DNA of 64,000 nucleotides, taken from the NCBI GenBank assembly GCA_964474435.1, contig CAYYSI010000001.1, positions 270,835 to 334,834 of the forward strand. Direction: 5' to 3'. This stretch comes from an uncultured Candidatus Saccharibacteria bacterium (GTDB lineage: Bacteria; Patescibacteriota; Minisyncoccia; Phycocordibacterales; UBA9973). Positions 61,109 through 64,000 of this stretch are shown piece by piece. Numbering within the stretch: the stretch's first letter is position 1; the number at the start of each line of letters is the position of its first letter. The translations under genes and the position numbers were made by a program. The notes under the pieces are model-generated. The model saw only the letters and a list, made by a program, of their open reading frames with translations. It searched no databases and was not told the origin of the DNA.

Positions 61109-61661
61109 GGAAAGGTGTGGAATGGTATACTTTATTGAGTATGCCAGAAACCCGAACCTATGCCGATCGAGCCGCCTATATGCGCGAAGCTGTCAAAAAA
61201 CGAAGGATTAAACTTCGCGAAATGGCACGCGCATACAAAGGTGGCCGATGTGAAATTTGTGGATACGCTAAATGCAGCCGCGCACTTTCATTTCATCATC
61301 TTGATCCAAAACAAAAAAGCTTTGGGTTATCAGACAAAGGACTTACCCGTTCATGGGAAAAGACCAAGACTGAAATAGATAAATGTATTTTATTGTGTGC
61401 AAACTGTCATATGGAAATCCACGACGGTATTACGCAGCTTCCTGTCCGAAAGGCAGGTCGAAAAACGAAGTGAATTGCTGGAAGTCCTAAACACATAGGA
61501 TAATCAGCAGCCAAGCTTTTGTAGAAATACAATTGAAGGTTCAGAGACTATCCCTAACGGGAGTACTCCGACAATATGTCGGCGGAAGCGCTTCGCACCT
61601 TCCCTTTTTAAAAAGAATGGTGATGATATAGTCCATACCCGCAGTAATGCGAGAATAAATG
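61109..61661 (+). mobile_element. Group I self-splicing intron (553 nt) with homing endonuclease ORF
   Basis: U before 5' splice site, terminal G; P AATTGCTGGAAG (61473), Q AATCAGCAGC (61502), R GTTCAGAGACTA (61539), S GATATAGTCC (61625); P3 CGAAGTG/CGCTTCG; P7 GACTA/TAGTC; IGS GCAGG. Confidence 0.92.
61141..61473 (+). CDS. Intron-encoded HNH endonuclease (110 aa)
   Basis: GGRCEICGY..ALSFHHLDP..KCILLCANCHMEIH: Zn-binding HNH. Confidence 0.9.
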   Translation: MPETRTYADRAAYMREAVKKRRIKLREMARAYKGGRCEICGYAKCSRALSFHHLDPKQKSFGLSDKGLTRSWEKTKTEIDKCILLCANCHMEIHDGITQLPVRKAGRKTK

Positions 61662-61724
61662 TAAGCGATTGGTCGTAGGTTCGATCCCTACCGGGGGAGC
61701 AAAAAATGTTATACTGTCTATAGT

Positions 61725-61910
61725 ATGACCTACCCAGAATTTGTAAAAGAACTTACAGAGCGTTTTGGTGAAGACCAGGGAGTATTTATGGCACTTCGAG
61801 CAGAGGTCGGTTTCCTGCGTAGGTACATGGAAAAACACAGTGGACCAGAGTTCGTACAAGAACAAGAAGTAATGATTGCAGATTTCCTTGAGCGTCATCC
61901 TACTAAATAA
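61725..61910 (+). CDS. Small hypothetical protein
   Basis: TGTTATACT just upstream; terminator 61911-61941. Confidence 0.6.
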   Translation: MTYPEFVKELTERFGEDQGVFMALRAEVGFLRRYMEKHSGPEFVQEQEVMIADFLERHPTK

Positions 61911-61950
61911 CAAAAACACCTCCAATATGGAGGTGTTTTTGTATTAGACT

Positions 61951-62358
61951 TTATTTATTATACCAAGCCTTTTGCCATTGCTTCATCTCTCCAATTTCTT
62001 TGGTTTGGGCGGCAATAATCGCCGTTGCGAGGTCTTTAATTTCCTGATGCTTTGCATTGATGAGCGCAAGCTTTGCCATATCGATGGCTCCTTGATGGTG
62101 CACAATCATTTCTGCAAGAAATTCTTGGTCAAAGGCATCGCCTGTCTTTCCTTGAAGTCCTGCGTTCATGCTTGTCATCATCGAAGCCATACTTGTATTT
62201 CCGCCCATCATCGTGCCGTCTGGCATCATGTGGGCTGTACCACTATTTGTTTGAATTGCTTGCTGTTGTGGTGCGGTGTGTCCCCAAATGAGCCACCCGA
62301 TGAAGATACCTACTATGCCGACGATAACGATAGCTGTTACATTGTTTTTATTTTCCAT
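61951..62358 (-). CDS. DUF305/CopM-like metal-binding protein
   Basis: HMMPDGTMM, FLAEMIVHHQGAIDMA, IIAAQTKEIGEM. Confidence 0.9.
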   Translation of the reverse strand: MENKNNVTAIVIVGIVGIFIGWLIWGHTAPQQQAIQTNSGTAHMMPDGTMMGGNTSMASMMTSMNAGLQGKTGDAFDQEFLAEMIVHHQGAIDMAKLALINAKHQEIKDLATAIIAAQTKEIGEMKQWQKAWYNK

Positions 62359-62402
62359 ATTTTTGATTGAGTTAATTAAATAATAAGAACGTCAATCAAT
62401 CT

Positions 62403-62771
62403 TTATGGTGCTTTGGGGTGAAGAATACCCTGAGAGAACAGTGCTGTGATAAAACTCTCTCGATGCGGTTTTTCAAAGAGTTTGCTACGGGCAAGATTTG
62501 GCGGACGGAGATATTGGAAGAAAAAGACGAAAACAAGTGGTACTAGAATGAGTAATTCTACAAGAGTGATTGTAGTGAGTGTATTCCATGTAGTGATATG
62601 TTCAGTAAAGTCCATTGTACAGAGTGAATGCTCGCCAACCATGAACGGGCAGTTATCCATTGAGGACATTGAGTGGTGATGCATTTCACCCATAGCAAGT
62701 AACCCAAATACAGATAGGAGTGTATACCCCAGAAGGGTTAGAGTGCCTATTACTTGTTTAAAGGCTTTCAT
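62403..62771 (-). CDS. His/Met/Cys-rich membrane protein upstream of DUF305
   Basis: TM-MHHHSMSSMDNCPFM..LC..EH-TM-RPP..LFSQGILHPKAP. Confidence 0.75.
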   Translation of the reverse strand: MKAFKQVIGTLTLLGYTLLSVFGLLAMGEMHHHSMSSMDNCPFMVGEHSLCTMDFTEHITTWNTLTTITLVELLILVPLVFVFFFQYLRPPNLARSKLFEKPHRESFITALFSQGILHPKAP

Positions 62772-62871
62772 ACTTCTATTTTAGCAGATTTAGAGAAGTT
62801 CGAACATTCTCCAGGGTTCGGAGCAAATAAAACAACTTTATCAAATTACTTTAATTTGATATCGTTACGGT

Positions 62872-63300
62872 ATGACAACAATAAATCCTTGGATTAATTT
62901 CAACGGCAATGCGTTTGAAGCATTTACACTTTATAAATCAGTATTTGGCGGTGAGTTTACAAAGATCGTTCGGTTCAAAGATCTCGCGAGTGCAGAGTTC
63001 CAGGTACCAGCCACAGAAGCAGAGAAAATTATGATGATCGCCTTGCCGATCGGTACTGGGAGCGTACTCATGGGAAATGACGTGCCATCTTTTATGGGCA
63101 CTGTAAGCGAAAATGAAAATCGAAGTAAAATAGTCGTCAGGACTGAAAGCAAAGAAGAGACTGACAGAATATTTGCTGGCCTTTCAGCGGGCGGACAAGT
63201 AGAAGGTCCTATGGGCGATAGTCCTTGGGGTACGTATGCTGGAATGTTTCGAGATATATACGGTATTGAGTGGATAATTGAGTTTTCTGCTGCTAAATAA
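62872..63300 (+). CDS. VOC/PhnB family protein
   Basis: INPWINFNGNA.EAF..YKSVFGG, WGTYAGMFRDIYGIEW. Confidence 0.9.
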   Translation: MTTINPWINFNGNAFEAFTLYKSVFGGEFTKIVRFKDLASAEFQVPATEAEKIMMIALPIGTGSVLMGNDVPSFMGTVSENENRSKIVVRTESKEETDRIFAGLSAGGQVEGPMGDSPWGTYAGMFRDIYGIEWIIEFSAAK

Positions 63301-63314
63301 GGTATAGTACCCTT

Positions 63315-63755
63315 ATGAAAAAATATCTTTGGATCATAGTACTTATTGTCGCGGCTCTGCTGTATTATGTATTCCATTCAGTAAAACCTGCTGCTCCTAC
63401 GCCTGCACCAAGCAATACTCCTGTTGGCACACCAATATTTTCTTGGCAATACACACCAGTCAATGATCGTGACTTCCCAAAGACACAGATTACCCTGACG
63501 GCAACATATCCTGACACTACTCGTATTTCAAAAGATATAGACACCCCTGATGGAAGCTGTAATGACTATGCGAACCCTGATGCCAACGTCTATCCCCGCT
63601 CCACCATGATCATTTGTTATGCGGCGGGACTTGGACACTATTACAAAGTGGTACAGGACAATGGACATTACCTCGTACAGCGCAAGACATTTGAAGAAGG
63701 TTCCCCAGAATACACTCCTCCGGAACTTCCGTTTGAAACTATCGAACGGTTTTAG
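63315..63755 (+). CDS. Exported hypothetical protein
   Basis: N-terminal TM, GSC..ICYAAGLG. Confidence 0.7.
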   Translation: MKKYLWIIVLIVAALLYYVFHSVKPAAPTPAPSNTPVGTPIFSWQYTPVNDRDFPKTQITLTATYPDTTRISKDIDTPDGSCNDYANPDANVYPRSTMIICYAAGLGHYYKVVQDNGHYLVQRKTFEEGSPEYTPPELPFETIERF

Positions 63756-63811
63756 TATTGGGGTACATACGCATAGACAGCCCATCTTCTTTTTGCTTTA
63801 ATAATGCCAAT

Positions 63812-64000
63812 ATGCAAAAGAAACGAATTGTTCGCATGGCGAAAGTACTCGCACTCATACTGGTAATACCCGTAGTGCTAACCCTGTTCAAGGTGGGAGG
63901 GTGGCAATGGGGACCAGTGGATTTCTTGGTGATGTTTGCGCTCTTGTTTGGGGCAGGACTCGTCTATGAATTCCTCGCAAGCAAAGCAGAGAGCAAGGGT
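63812..64000 (+). CDS. Membrane protein (partial, runs off window end)
   Basis: Manual translation MQKKRIV..IPVVLTLF..WQWGPVDFLVMFALLFGAGLVYEF. Confidence 0.65.
   Translation, partial: MQKKRIVRMAKVLALILVIPVVLTLFKVGGWQWGPVDFLVMFALLFGAGLVYEFLASKAESKG

Larger units (their letters stand above)
61075..61699 (+). tRNA. tRNA-Asn(GTT), intron-split (exons 61075-61108 and 61662-61699)
   Basis: Joined exons give a full cloverleaf: TCCCCTG/CGGGGGA, D arm GCTC-AGCGGTA-GAGC, GTCGC-CTGT|TAA-GCGAT, GTAGG-TTCGATC-CCTAC, G73. Confidence 0.93.

Noticed and set aside
61608-61925. 105-aa minus-strand ORF
   Set aside because: Antisense to the intron end, tRNA exon and a small + gene
1-64000. Genetic code 25 (UGA=Gly), prophage, integron or defence island
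   Set aside because: Core genes are intact under code 11; no integrase, phage structural, attC or recognisable defence genes were seen

Overview
Chromosomal window from a reduced-genome bacterium, most likely Patescibacteria/Parcubacteria. The evidence is short IF2/S1/Rel proteins, apparently leaderless genes, a cluster of VirB2-like pilins, a VirD4-like ATPase and standard code 11. It is mainly housekeeping: serS, dprA-topA, rel, parB, miaA, rpmG, ychF, engB, gltX, clpB, infB-rbfA, gyrA, rpsA, pth, lepB-hisS-def-fmt, hpf, pyk and 8 tRNAs. These are interspersed with AT-rich orphan genes that carry their own sigma70 promoters. The highlight is a tRNA-Asn(GUU) gene (61075-61699) split inside its anticodon (35/36) by a 553-nt group I intron. 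The intron carries an HNH endonuclease ORF with its own internal promoter and a second internal copy of the 5' splice-site sequence, and it is preceded by a diverged, colinear copy of a tRNA 3' half. Other oddities are a pair of inverted, covarying ~105-110 nt hairpin elements after gyrA, a candidate metal-sensing leader ORF before a DUF305 gene, and micro-ORFs missed by the ORF track. All calls come from reading motifs by eye; no searches were run.
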